From contig NC_042998.1 in the NCBI RefSeq assembly GCF_006345805.1, positions 35,092,001 through 35,156,000 of the forward strand: a stretch of 64,000 nt of DNA, read 5' to 3'. Under the pieces are notes generated by a model. It did not search any database and had not been told where the DNA came from. It saw nothing but the letters and a program-made list of their open reading frames with translations. Of this stretch, positions 24,499 to 36,311 are shown in pieces. Made by a program: the position numbers and the translations under genes. The stretch comes from Octopus sinensis (lineage: Eukaryota). Each line of letters opens with the position of its first letter. Positions within the stretch are counted from its first letter, which is position 1.

Positions 24499-25052
24499 TT
24501 CAGTAAAATTTAGATTCAGTTGAATATGGTACTTAAGTTAAAAGCACTACATTGCTCTACATTTTAAAGCTGATGTAATATTTGCGTTGTTCAATTAAAT
24601 GGAGTCGCATGAAACGATCGTACTGCATTACCTCTGGATATCCTTGTTACTTATTTTGATATATATATATATATATATATATAGAACACAGTCCTCTTTC
24701 TGTTTCTGTCTACCACATCCACTGACAAGGTCTGGGAACCCGGGAGTATGTGATTGGGAAGCAATTGTTTTACCAAAAAGCCTTGCCTAATTCTTCTTTC
24801 ACTATTCCGTTTGTTTTCCCTCTCCACCAGAAATTTCCCTCTCTTATTGTGTTCGTCTCTGTTGGATATATTGTTAATGTGTAATAGGAATATAAGACTT
24901 CAATCAACACTTCATTTGTTCTACGTTCTCTAAAATTTCTTCAAACTTTCTACACTAGCCCCAACACGAGACTTTTTCTTCGATATTTTTCTCCTCTTAG
25001 AAGAGACGCTTCGCAATCAAGTGTTGTAGTATCTTAATATTGTGATCGCTTT

Positions 25053-25443
25053 GCACGGTGGGCGAAATGCTTAGCGGTATTTCGCCTGTCGCTACGCTCT
25101 GAGTTCAAATTCCCCCGAGGTTGACTTTACCTTTCATCCTTTCGGGGTCGATAAATAAAGTGCCAGTTATGCACTGGGGTCGATATAATCGACTTACTCC
25201 GTTTGTCTCTCCTTGTTTGTTCCCTCTGTGTTTAGCCTCATTTGGGTAGTAAAGAAATAGGTATTTCGTCTGCCGTTACGTTATGAGTTCAAATTCCGCC
25301 GAGGTCGACCTTCATTTTCATCCTTTCGGGGTCGATTAAATAGGTACCAGTTACGCACCGGGGTCGATGTAATCGACTTAATCCGTTTGTCTGTCCTTGT
25401 TTGTCCCATCTATGTTTCGCCCCTTGTGGGCAATAAAGAAATA
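25053..25443 (+). mobile_element. SINE family A tandem dimer with 17-bp TSD
   Basis: Units repeat with period 184 bp (ggtatttcg at 25076 and 25260); TSD aatat(t/c)gtgatcgcttt at 25036-25052 and 25444-25460. Confidence 0.93.
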
Positions 25444-25921
25444 AATATCGTGATCGCTTTTGAATCACTGTAAAATGTCATTGAATATTCTTACCTGGTC
25501 AATAGTGCTTTATTCTTCTTTTCTTCTTTTGTGCTAATTGATTTATCCATGTATATATATGTATATATATAACTGATATATTTTTAAATGAAATGGATTT
25601 CCTTTAGTTTTGTTATCCTGGTGTGTTTATTATTTCTTGCTTATTTGATAACTCTGTGCTATTTCACCCACGTAGTATGTTTTTATTTAGTAATCACATA
25701 AAATCGACATAATATAGAATATAATTTAGATGTACAAACGTGGATCATTCCATTTTCTTTTGCTTCTATTCAAAGCTTAAATTCGCTGTTTCACTCGCCG
25801 CCACCTACGAAACTCATATTGTTTTGTTGTCAGCTGCTAACTTCTATTTTCTTTGGATATATATAATATTTTTTTAATATTTTATATGATATACATACAT
25901 ACATATATATATATATATATC

Positions 25922-25989
<68 letters not shown>

Positions 25990-25991
<2 letters not shown>

Positions 25992-26190
25992 GGGAGAGTT
26001 TACGAAAAAAGCACAAGACGAAGACAGGTGGTGTACAAAACAATAGATGTATTAATATAACGCTCAGGAATAGAAAAAGTGTTTTACGTTTCGAGCCTAC
26101 GCTCTTCTACAGAAAGGGACACAGAAAAAAACAAGGAGAGAAACAAGGAGAGAAAAAAATGTGTGTAGTGTCTAGCAATCTATCATGGTG
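25990..26190 (-). mobile_element. Short PLE-terminus-like unit with variant hammerhead motif
   Basis: Minus strand: cccttt-CTGTAGA-a-GAGC-gtag-GCTC-GAAA-cg-TA-aaac (26081-26118); flanked by (TA)n. Confidence 0.6.
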
Positions 26191-26288
26191 ACTCATATAT
26201 ATATATATCCTTCTTCTTGTAGCTTTTCATTGTGAAACTCCATCATTTGTTAGCGTATTTTCAATAAACATGTTTTCCTACTTGTTTC

Positions 26289-26762
26289 GCTTTAGTGGTT
26301 AAAGTATTCGGCTCACGATCGTCAGGTCCTGAGTTCGATTCCCGACGGCGCGTTGTGTCTCTTGAGCAAGACACATTATTTCGAATTGCTCCAGTCCACT
26401 CAGTCGGGTCACAATCTGTGCCACGCTCTGAGAACTACATTGCGGGTACGCGTCTCTGTGGAGTGTTCAGCCACTTGCACCATAATTTCACAAGATGTGT
26501 TCCATTGAGCTGAGCGAAGTGCTTAGCGGTATTTCGTCTGCCGCTACGTTCTGAGCCCAAAATTCCGCCGAGGTCGACTTTGCCTTTCATCCCTTCGGGG
26601 TCGATAAATTAAGTACCAGCTTACGCACTGGGGACGATGTAATCGACTTGATCCGTTTGTCTGTCCTTGTTTGTCCCCTCTATGTTTAGCCTCTTGTGAG
26701 TAATAAAGAAAAAGATGTCTTCCGATCAACGGAACTCATCGTCATAACCGACGTAGGACCAG
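26289..26762 (+). mobile_element. SINE family D interrupted by a family-A SINE (26512-26712)
   Basis: tRNA-like head tagtggttaaag...gagttcgattccc, cttgagcaagacac motif; 3' part resumes at tcttccgatcaacggaac. Confidence 0.8.
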
Positions 26763-26928
26763 TTACGTCACATCATTTATCTCGCCTTTACAGATAAGTG
26801 GATATTGCAGCTGTGTTTGACAGCAATATAAAACTTGTCAAACGAGATAGTCTCAAATCTTGTTCTTACTTTGGTGCACACACAAAAATACGAGACGTGT
26901 GTTCTTATAGAAGTTAACCTCTTCAGAC

Positions 26929-26959
26929 GACGACACTGGCTTCTGAAGCCAGTGTCGTC
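26929..26959. repeat. Perfect 15-bp-arm palindrome with 1-nt spacer
   Basis: gacgacactggcttc-t-gaagccagtgtcgtc. Confidence 0.95.
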
Positions 26960-27194
26960 TAATTTTGTAATGAGCTCGCATTAGACTCACTCTATAAAAT
27001 TCTTCATACATCCTTGAGTTGGTGGAACATGCTTTTCAAGCTGTTCAATTTATCAATGGAAATAGTTGATATTCTTCTAAACGGGTGTGGTTTTGATCTT
27101 TGTTGGTTCCTTTATTTTCGCTTGGGTCCTATTCTTAATCTGTTCGTTGTTTTTGCAGTTCTATCTTACACACCACACACACACACACACACAT

Positions 27195-27247
<53 letters not shown>

Positions 27248-27317
27248 ATATATATAATTTTTGGATTTGGTTTGCAAGATTCTTTATATGACTTCCTGTG
27301 TTGAAGCATATTCTGTT

Positions 27318-27549
27318 GTGTCTGGGGAGAGTCATTTTCTTTTTTACCTTATAATCTATCACACTCACCGGTAAAATTTCCACTTTTTTCTTATTTTTAT
27401 TTTCCTAAAATTTTCAGAGTCAAAACTATTGAAAAGGTTGCAAGACGCAGGGAACATTTTAGGAAAATAAAAATAAGAAAAAAGTGGAAATTTTACCGGT
27501 GAGTGTGATAGATTATAAGGCAAAAACGAAAATGACTCTCCCCAGACAC
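27318..27549. repeat. Inverted repeat, about 93-bp arms, 44-nt spacer
   Basis: 27318-27411 versus 27456-27549 are reverse complements with few differences. Confidence 0.95.
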
Positions 27550-27965
27550 GTGGCTGTGTGGTAAGTAGCTTGTTTACCAACCACATGGTTCCGGGTTCAG
27601 TCCCACTGCGTGGTACCTTGGGCAAGTGTCTTCTACTATAGCCTCGGGCCGACCAAAGCCTTGTGAGTGGATTTGGTAGACGGAAACTGAAAGAAGCCCG
27701 CCGTATATATGTATATATATATATATGTGTGTGTGTGTGTGGTGTGTGTGTGTGTGTGTTTGTGTCTGTGTTTGTCTTCCCAACATCACTTGAAACCGAT
27801 GCTGGTGTGTTTACGTCCCCGTAACTTAGCGGTTCGACAAAAGTGATCGATAGAATAAGTACTAGGCTTCCAAAGAATAAGTCGTGGGGTCGATTTGCTC
27901 GACTAAAGGCGGTGCTCCAGCATCGCCACAGTCAAATGACTGAAACAAGTAACAAGAGTAAAAAA
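27550..27965 (+). mobile_element. SINE family B, full length
   Basis: Canonical head through gactgaaacaagtaacaagag. Confidence 0.93.
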
Positions 27966-27970
27966 AAAGA

Positions 27971-28015
<45 letters not shown>

Positions 28016-28249
28016 AACTTATAATCACATGTAAGACAACATAATTAGTCTTTTCACTTTCTAGGGTTTCTTTCGAATCTCGCTCCTACTTTTCTTTCTG
28101 CTAATTATAGTGTTGGGTTTAGGTTTCTTAATAATCTTTTCTTTGTTATTTCGCATACACACGTTCGTCTATATAGGCAATTTTTAGTAATCTTGTTATT
28201 GAATAAATGCATAACCGAGATTATCTTTGTGTCCTTTCACTAAATACAG

Positions 28250-28738
28250 AGTTTTGTCATAGTTTTGTGTTTCCTGTTGAATCGAAATTACTTTGAATAA
28301 TATGTGTGCAGTACATAGTAATGTTATTGCCTGTATGCTACGTATAAGGTTTAGTCTTGAGGATTTAGCTGTGTATTTGCTTACATTATTCTTAATGAGT
28401 AAGTAACCAACTGTAATTATAAGGAGTGCTTCAATTTCCATTCCGTAAATTTTGGTTAACTTTACTTCGGAATCTTTATATTTGATTAATTTCATTATTA
28501 ATTTTAAGGAGACATTATCGTTCCTGGGAACTAATGCTATGATTGGAAGACACCGTTTTATTATGGATCTTCACAACAATATCACGTCGGTTATATAATA
28601 GTTGCTACTTTCTTTCATGATAGTGAATAAGGGATTTTGCTCATCATCGTAGACAGCAATTTGTATTATATTCCTTCTGTCCGATATTTGATAATTTAAT
28701 AGCCTCATGGAATATTTTCTATAAGTTCTGGTTTAGCG
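28250..28738 (-). pseudogene. Old R4/Dong LINE, 3' part
   Basis: NRRDIVV / DNVSLK / KLIKYKDSEV...IQAITLLCTAHILFKVISIQ align to the C-terminus of the young Dong copy. Confidence 0.75.
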
Positions 28739-28740
28739 TA

Positions 28741-30016
28741 GGCGAGACCGGGTCTAGTTATTACATTTTTTTCAATTTTTGCCTTGGCATCCACATAAAT
28801 GAACACAGCTGAAGTTTGTTTTCATATTTAACTAGTAAAACATCTATGTTTATTGTTTTCACCGGCAAAAAATAGAAATCACATAACATTAATTAGATAG
28901 GTTCTAATTAATGAGGTGGTGTCAGCTGTAACAATTTTCCCCGAATGCGGGGTACGTTGTGACACTTACTTGGGTACTTTGTTACAACTGTTGATAACTC
29001 GAAATTATGTTAACAAACAAGTTTAAAATGAATACGTCTCCTGCTTCTTGCATCTAGGAAGTATTATTTTAATTAATTGATAGTGGTTTGAACCACCTCA
29101 TATCCTAACTGTGATACTGAGAGTCTTCATCAGCCAATTTCCCCATTGTTACATGTGCCATCTAGTCGGAATCGTCCTCCATTAACTTCTCACCACAGAG
29201 ATCACACAGAAAGTCCTCTCGTCAATAGGTACAGTCAGTGTGTGCCCAGACTTTACAGATCATGCATTGCACCCATTCTTCACATGGAAGGGAGTTGGAA
29301 TACCAATCTGAGCAGACAAGGCATTTCCAATCGGCGACTTGCTTGCTGCGAGGTTACTCCCCTTTGCCTTTACCCGTTTTAGTTGACTTTCCCTTCTCCT
29401 TTGTTGCATTTTCTGTACCAGTTGCCTTCTTTGGTTTGGATTTCCGTTCGTTTATTTCATCCACCATGCGCTGTTTTACAGCAACATCCCGTAATGATTT
29501 CTTTTCATTCACAACTTTTCTGACGGCTTTTTCCATGACATCAGGAGGGGTATCTCCCCTTGTAGTCTTCCTTTTGTAATTTCTAGGCATGGTGTGTTAA
29601 ACTGAAATAGAAGGGGTAAGTTGTTACATGCCTGGGTAAGTTGATACACTGTAACAATTAGCCCCGACCATGGATTTCTGGGGATTACCAAGAACATGGC
29701 ACTAGCAATTCATGGCATCCAGGACACACCTTCATGTATCGAAGGCAACTTCCAACACTTCCTAATGAGCCACTAACTACTTCAGTAATACCACTTGTGC
29801 TTTCGTAGTTAAGGAAATAACTTTGAGGCAAAATTTCCCTTTTGGAGTAAAAAATCGTTTTTTGAGCCGTACCTTTGCTGGTAATAGACCGCCAGTGCAA
29901 TATACATGTTCAGTCATGATGCTATGGAGTTGGCCTTCACGAGGTAGAGATCCGAGTGCCACCTGTTTCTTGAAGTTGGAAACAATGGGCTTGTAACAAC
30001 TAGACCCGGTTTCCTC
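28741..30016 (-). mobile_element. Internally deleted pogo/Tigger-like DNA transposon (1276 bp) with HTH and PHD finger remnants
   Basis: 25-bp TIRs (4 mismatches) flanked by TA at 28739-28740 and 30017-30018; subterminal gggtaagttgttaca-type repeats; one frame 29590-29162 with two stops: MPRNYKRKTTRGDTPPDVMEKAVRKVVNEKKSLRDVA...CLVC...WVQCMIC..WAHTDC...FLCDLC; no DDE domain. Confidence 0.9.
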
Positions 30017-30018
30017 TA

Positions 30019-30560
30019 CTGCAAGGTTCCTGTATTTGTGATAAATACAATGATTCTAAATCAGATTTTTTGCCTTGTAGAATTAAAAATGCAAATATTA
30101 GTCCTTTGGTTTGTTTGTTTATTTCCTAATCTCGTTAATTCATTTAGCCGCCAGTCCAGATTATAATAGTAAGCTATTACTGAGACAACTAGAGTTTTCA
30201 TGTCTACTACCTGACTTGTTCTAGCAGAGCTCTGGTTTATGTATAAATCTAGAACATCTATTATATTATTCCCCAAGCTTCTCTTTAATTTCTTTAATCT
30301 TTCTAGATCATTATAAGTCTGTGTTTTCGGTTAATTATTGTAAATTTGTTTCTTTATCTGACATGATACAATTGATGTTTTCTTACTTCAAAGTTATGGC
30401 GTATTTTTCTAAAGAGAACTTCGTAGGAGATACATAAGCTGTATGTTATAGTGTTCCCTTTGTTTATCAGTTGCAGCGAGTAAATTTCAGGTCGTTCACA
30501 TACGGAAAAGATGGTTGATTGTCCTCTTACAGAAAGTAGATGACCTTGCCATCGGCTGTG
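30019..30560 (-). pseudogene. Old R4/Dong LINE, RT part
   Basis: YVNDLK (degenerate YMDDLK) near 30484-30503; TLVVSVIAYYYNLDWRLNELTRL and KSDLESLYL match the RT thumb region. Confidence 0.7.
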
Positions 30561-30767
30561 TTTTCCGTACCACATACTCTTGTGTGATTTCCTGTAGGTC
30601 TAATGCAACTCCCGGTTCATACGATATATGATGGAGATTAGCATGAATAAATTTGCCTTCTGTATTCTCTTATGACTTTATGATAAAACTGTGACAGAGT
30701 CGACCATCGCCCAATGGCAACTGCACAAAGCGTATCAGGTTTCGATCGCATTTTTCAGCGAGCGAAA

Positions 30768-30848
30768 AAGAAGAAGAAGAAGAAGAAGAAGAAGAAGAAG
30801 AAGAAGAAGAAGAAGAAGAAGAAGAAGAAGAAGAAGAAGAAGAAGAAG

Positions 30849-30878
<30 letters not shown>
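30768..30878. repeat. (AAG)n microsatellite
   Basis: About 37 units; source of the poly-R/poly-K pseudo-ORFs. Confidence 0.98.
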
Positions 30879-30879
<1 letters not shown>

Positions 30880-31449
30880 GCTTACTGATATACACTGGAA
30901 GCTATGTCAACGCTATGGAATAACAACAACAAAAAGATGGTATAGGCACTCGCCAGAAAAAGTCACGGAAAATGAGAAAGCAACTATACTATGGGATGTG
31001 CCAATACACACAGATAGAGAAGTTAAGGCCAATAGGTTAGATATAATTGTCAGAGATCACCAAAAAAAAAATATGCTTTCTAATCGATGTATCAATACCA
31101 ACAGATGAGAACGTTTCTCTAAAAGAAATGGAGAAACTTTCAAAATACAAAGACCTGGAAATAGAGGTAACTCGAATGTGGAACCTAAAAACAGAAACAG
31201 TTCCTATCATAGTGGGTGCATTAAGTATGATAAAACAATATTCAGACAAATGCATAACAAAAACACCAGGACTAACAAGTATATATAACATACAGAAAAT
31301 AGCACTACTGGGCACCACACACATCCTACGTAAAACACTTTCAATACAGTAAAAATGAGAACATCACAACAAACCACAGCGCATACCCAAGGCCCACAGA
31401 GCTGTGCTCTGTGGTGCAGTGAAAGCACGTGATAAAAATAAGACTACTG
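30879..31449 (+). mobile_element. Young R4/Dong 3' fragment
   Basis: IHWKLCQRYGITTTKRWYRHSPEKVTENEKATILWD / CFLIDVSIPTDENVSLKEMEKLSKYKDLE...LLGTTHILRKTLSIQ*; same 3'UTR as 13400-15520, then (AAT)n. Confidence 0.95.
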
Positions 31450-31465
31450 AATAATAATAATAATA

Positions 31466-31518
<53 letters not shown>

Positions 31519-32066
31519 GCCCTGAAGCAGTACCAGGCAGTGGCTCTCATGGCTTCTGATCTTAACTGATTGGAAGTGTTATTATGTACATTGTTTTGTC
31601 TTGGTATAAAAGATGGGCTACAGCAAATATTCTGCTCAATACCACAGATTTGCTTGTCAGTTGTTTGACCTTAACCAGTTGAGCATGTCCCTTAGTGGCT
31701 GACGATATGTGCATCTCTGATCACGAGCAGAAGTAGTGGGGGAACATCATAGCCATGTGTTGAGAGGGATTCTTTGGGGTTTGAATAATTAACCTCTGGA
31801 AACATGGGTGGTTCTTTCAACATCCTTAAACAACCCTTATTCAGGGACCTTTTGAGCGGGATGGGCTACTCAACCTGAAGAAAATTCTAACTGGGCCCCA
31901 CCTGCAAGGTCATGTGCTGTTTATCTCGATATGAGATCACCATGTCGCGCATGGTTATGATGCATGCGCCTAGTGTACCCTTATCAGACGGGTAGTCATG
32001 ATGGGTATACTGCGCTTCGTATATTTTACCCCAGTGTCACTTTGATGGCATGCACTGCACTCTCTC
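31519..32066 (+). mobile_element. Unclassified 548-bp interspersed repeat ('family C') embedded in (AAT)n
   Basis: (AAT)n on both sides; its 3' 165 bp recur inverted at 43347-43511; no long ORF or tRNA boxes seen. Confidence 0.75.
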
Positions 32067-32230
32067 AATAATAATAATAATAATAATAATAATTAATAAT
32101 AATAATAATAATAATAAGAGCTTGGCCAAAGAAGATGCCTGTCTTCAAACCTTTCAGTTACAACTCTCAGCATGATGTTAGATAGAGAGTGGTAGCGAAT
32201 AGTGGCCCCAGAGATGCCTCATAGCCATGC

Positions 32231-32231
32231 G

Positions 32232-32294
<63 letters not shown>

Positions 32295-32323
32295 GTAAGT
32301 AGGTAGATAGATAGGTAGATAAG

Positions 32324-32373
<50 letters not shown>

Positions 32374-32440
32374 TATAGATAAGTAGGTAGATAGATAGGT
32401 AGATAGATAAATAGACAGATAGATAGATATAAACAGATAG
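32231..32440. repeat. (GATA)n-based microsatellite
   Basis: Direct reading. Confidence 0.97.
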
Positions 32441-33010
32441 AAAGAGAGAGAAAGAGCGGGAGGGAGAGAGATATAGTCATATGTGCCACCTGTATCGACC
32501 GCAAGGCATGAATGATACAATTAGCACTAAGCACCTGCCCTTTTTTATGAAAGAACAATTAACCCCCTTTTGTCAGTGGACGAATTCAAGTTTCTTTTTC
32601 TGTAGACAATAAACAAATGGAGCAATCTCACCGCCAGTTCAGTTATTTACTTGAGAAACAGATATGAAATTCTGTTTAGGAAAAATGCAGCAAGATACCA
32701 TTGATGTATAAGAAATAAGAACAAATAAAACGGTTAGATAAAAAAACTTTCCAAAATTAAACCTAGCACAGATTTAAGAATTAATGAAAGAGAAAATTTG
32801 CGACGTTCAGAAATTAGAGAAAAGCTTATGAGAAAATATCAACGTATTAGATTAATTAGTGAAATAGAACTTTCGCAAATAAACATACGTTAATCGGCAT
32901 CGGACCTCTAGTTGTGTCAATATGTTAGGATGTTCCGAACGGTTGGCTTAAATAATTAGCAAGATTAATCTAAAACACAAAACATTTCGAAAATATTAAT
33001 ACTTAGAAAT

Positions 33011-33503
33011 TTTGGGGAAGGGGGTCAGTCGATTAGATAGATTCCAGTACGCAACTGGTACTTAATTTATCGACCCCGAAAGAATGAAATGCGAAGTCGA
33101 CCTCGGCGGAATTTGAACTCAGAACGTAAAGACAGACGAAATACCTCTAAGCATTTCGCCCGGCATGCTAACGATTCTGCAGTTCGCCGTCTTATCGAAC
33201 ACGAAGGAATAAGAAGCGAAGTCGACCTCGGCGGAATTTGAACTCAGAACGTAGCGGCAGACGAAATACCCATTGCTTTATTATCCACAAGGGGCTAAAC
33301 ACAGAGAGGACAAGCAAGGACAGACAAACGGATTAAGTCGATTATATCGACCCCAGTGCGTAACTGGTACTTATTTAATCGACCTCGAAAGGATGGAAGG
33401 CAAAGTCGACCTCGGGGGAATTTGAACTAAGAATGTAAAACAACCGAAATACTGATAAGCATCTCGCCTGGCGTGCTAATGTTTCTGCCAAGCTCGCCAC
33501 CTT
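33011..33503 (-). mobile_element. SINE family A multimer with 11-bp TSD
   Basis: Three gtcgacctcgg blocks; atacttagaaa at 32999-33009 and 33504-33514. Confidence 0.9.
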
Positions 33504-34514
33504 ATACTTAGAAAATATTCATATTAATACTTAGAATTCAACTTGTCAAAGACTTTAAAATCAAAGGAAATAAAATCGTCAGGTTTACTACAAATGTAGG
33601 AAAGTAGGAACCTTCTGAGTGGATATTAAAGATATTAAAAATATCCACTTATTTTACTAAATTGTCCTGTATAAAATAATGTAAATATAATACTAAAAAT
33701 TTGATAATTTTATAGAATAAGCAAAAGCAAAAGTAGAAATAAGGAGGAATATAACAATTCGATATTGGTACAGGAACGCAGATCGTTGATTAATCTGCAC
33801 ACGAACAAAGCTTTACGAAACGGCAAACAAGCGTAGCAGGGTGTAACGATGATTCTGTCTACATAAATAAACTCCCTAAATGGTCTAATCTTTTCAGTTG
33901 CCATAATACGATCGAGAGAAAACTGGTTTTCTACTTGTCACATCCAGCTTAGTTAAAAATAAATAAATAATTATATTTCATGAAGTTGAAAAATAAACCG
34001 ATAGGCTTAGCGAAATAGAGATGAGAGCAGATACGAACGTCAACTCACAATATGATATCAATAAAATGTTGGGAAATAATTTGATATCAGCGAAAACATA
34101 TAAGTTTTTAAAATGGTTTAAGTGAATCGTATGAGCAAAATATGCAGGATAAGACGCTTCGAAGAGCGGGAAAAATTCTTCAAAGCAAAAAAAAAGTTTG
34201 AATCGAATTTCAAAATGATTTACAGGGTTATTAACAAAACCCTTAACAATGGATGACACATCAAGGTCAACGAAATTTTTAATATATCGAAACGAAGAAA
34301 GGCATAAAGGCAAAATTTGAAACACACAACGTATCAGAAACAGTTAAATATAATAGCTTTCCGTTGCACCATGAACCACAAAGAATTCAGCAACACTTTG
34401 AACTCCGTGAAATAGTTGAAAGAGACTAGATTCGACAAAGAATATAGAAGAAAGACCTGACCATTGCTCACAAATACAGAAATGGGGCATCTGAAACTAT
34501 ATTAAAAATTTGTT

Positions 34515-34676
34515 AGGCGTAGGAGAGGCTGCGTGGTAAGTAGCTTGCTTACCAACCACACGATTCCGGGTTCAGTCTTACTGCGTGGCACTTCTACTAT
34601 AGCCTCGGGCCAACCAAAGCCTTGTAAGTGGATTTAGTAGATGGAAACTGAAAGAAGCACGTCGTATATATGTATA

Positions 34677-34734
<58 letters not shown>

Positions 34735-34796
34735 TATATATGTATATATATACATATATATACATATATATATATACATATATATACATATATATA

Positions 34797-34830
<34 letters not shown>

Positions 34831-35000
34831 CATGTGTGTGTGTGTGTGTGTTTATGTGTATATGTGTGTCCCCCACCCCAACATCGCTTGACAACCGACA
34901 TTGGTGAGTTTACGTCCCCGTAACTTAGCGGTTCGGCAAAAGGCGCCGATAGAATAAGTACTAGGCTTACAAAGAATAAGTCCTGGGGTGGATTTCTCGA
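34515..35000 (+). mobile_element. SINE family B, 3'-truncated, long TA linker
   Basis: ggcgtaggagaggctgcgtggtaag head; ends at gtcctggggtggatttctcgag. Confidence 0.9.
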
Positions 35001-35024
35001 GCTAGAGAAAGGCAAGCCGTGATA

Positions 35025-35290
35025 TGTGCACAAACCGCAGAGAGTGGTGGAGTCGGAGCCTAGTAAAATCCTCTGAGATTTCCCAATCCAAACAAATCAA
35101 GTGCTAGAACATTATAGACCGGACCTTGTGATGGTGAACAAGGTGCACCACATATGCTATATAGCTGATGTTGCATGCCCCTTTGACACAGTCAAGAAGG
35201 AACGCAAAAGATAGATAAATACAACCCTTTTAAATACGAAACAGTCCAATTATGGAAAATGAAAAAGATGAAGATAGCTGTACTTGTATT
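35025..35290 (+). pseudogene. R4/Dong REL fragment
   Basis: [55 protein letters not shown]. Confidence 0.85.
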
Positions 35291-35291
35291 T

Positions 35292-35460
35292 CAAAGGGCC
35301 AGCCTTATACGCTGTGTTAAGCTGCCTCTCGCTAAGAACTCCGTTAAAGGTACGCATGTCTGCGGAGAGCTCAGTCACTTACATGTTCATTTCACGAGGA
35401 GGCTGTTTCCTTGATCGAGTCAACTGAAACAGACGTCATCGTAACCGACGGAGATCCAGG
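35292..35460 (+). mobile_element. SINE family D 3' part
   Basis: aagggccagcc...gtacgcatgtctgcggag...cgtaaccgacgg; homologous to 26420-26760 and to 57700-57960 in reverse. Confidence 0.65.
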
Positions 35461-36139
35461 CCTTTGTATTAAATGTTTCGTGGTGCTGGAGGTATCTGTT
35501 TCTATTATTAGCCAATTTCTTTACATTCTAATTCATTCACAATGAAATGGTGACTCGATGGTTGCTAACTATACGCACCATAAGACCTTAACTTTCACCT
35601 TTAAAAGCATTGTAGATATTAATTCAGCTTCAACGACAGATTAGTTTGAAATGAATAATTAATGCAATCGGTAATTTTTCTCTAATGGCAGAACAGGTTA
35701 TCTTAATTTTGTCACTAATGGTCGGTAGCAGATTAAGTTATTAAGACATAGGCAAAAGCTATCGTGGTATTTGGAATTAACGTCACAAAAGTCGTCTAAA
35801 ATTTCATCCACCTTCAAAAAGCAAAAACCTTTGCCGAACAATTTACTGTATCTATAAAAGAAATAAAACACATTATCCAAATTTTGAATATCTGTAAATA
35901 AAATAAATTGAATATTGAGAGATAAAAGAATCTCCGTGATAATACGTGACTTGGGAATGATTAAAAAACATACAAACGAATTCATAACTCATGCCCCGTG
36001 ACTTACGAATAGGAATGGCATAGACATTGCGCGTATATATTACGAAGGATACTTGAAAACGAGGCTAAAACAAAATAAAGCGTCTGGAAGTGCAATACTG
36101 GAAATATAAAATAATATAATATAATAACAGACTCAAAGT

Positions 36140-36177
<38 letters not shown>

Positions 36178-36213
36178 GATGATGATGATGATGATGACGA
36201 CGACGACGACGAC

Positions 36214-36256
<43 letters not shown>

Positions 36257-36279
36257 GTGGTGGTGATGATGATGATGAT

Positions 36280-36311
<32 letters not shown>

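Noticed and set aside
31840-31930. Possible HDV-like ribozyme or U6-like segment in family C (GACCTT/AAGGTC pairing)
   Set aside because: I could not build P3/L3/P1.1 or the J4/2 catalytic C, and the U6 resemblance is too short.
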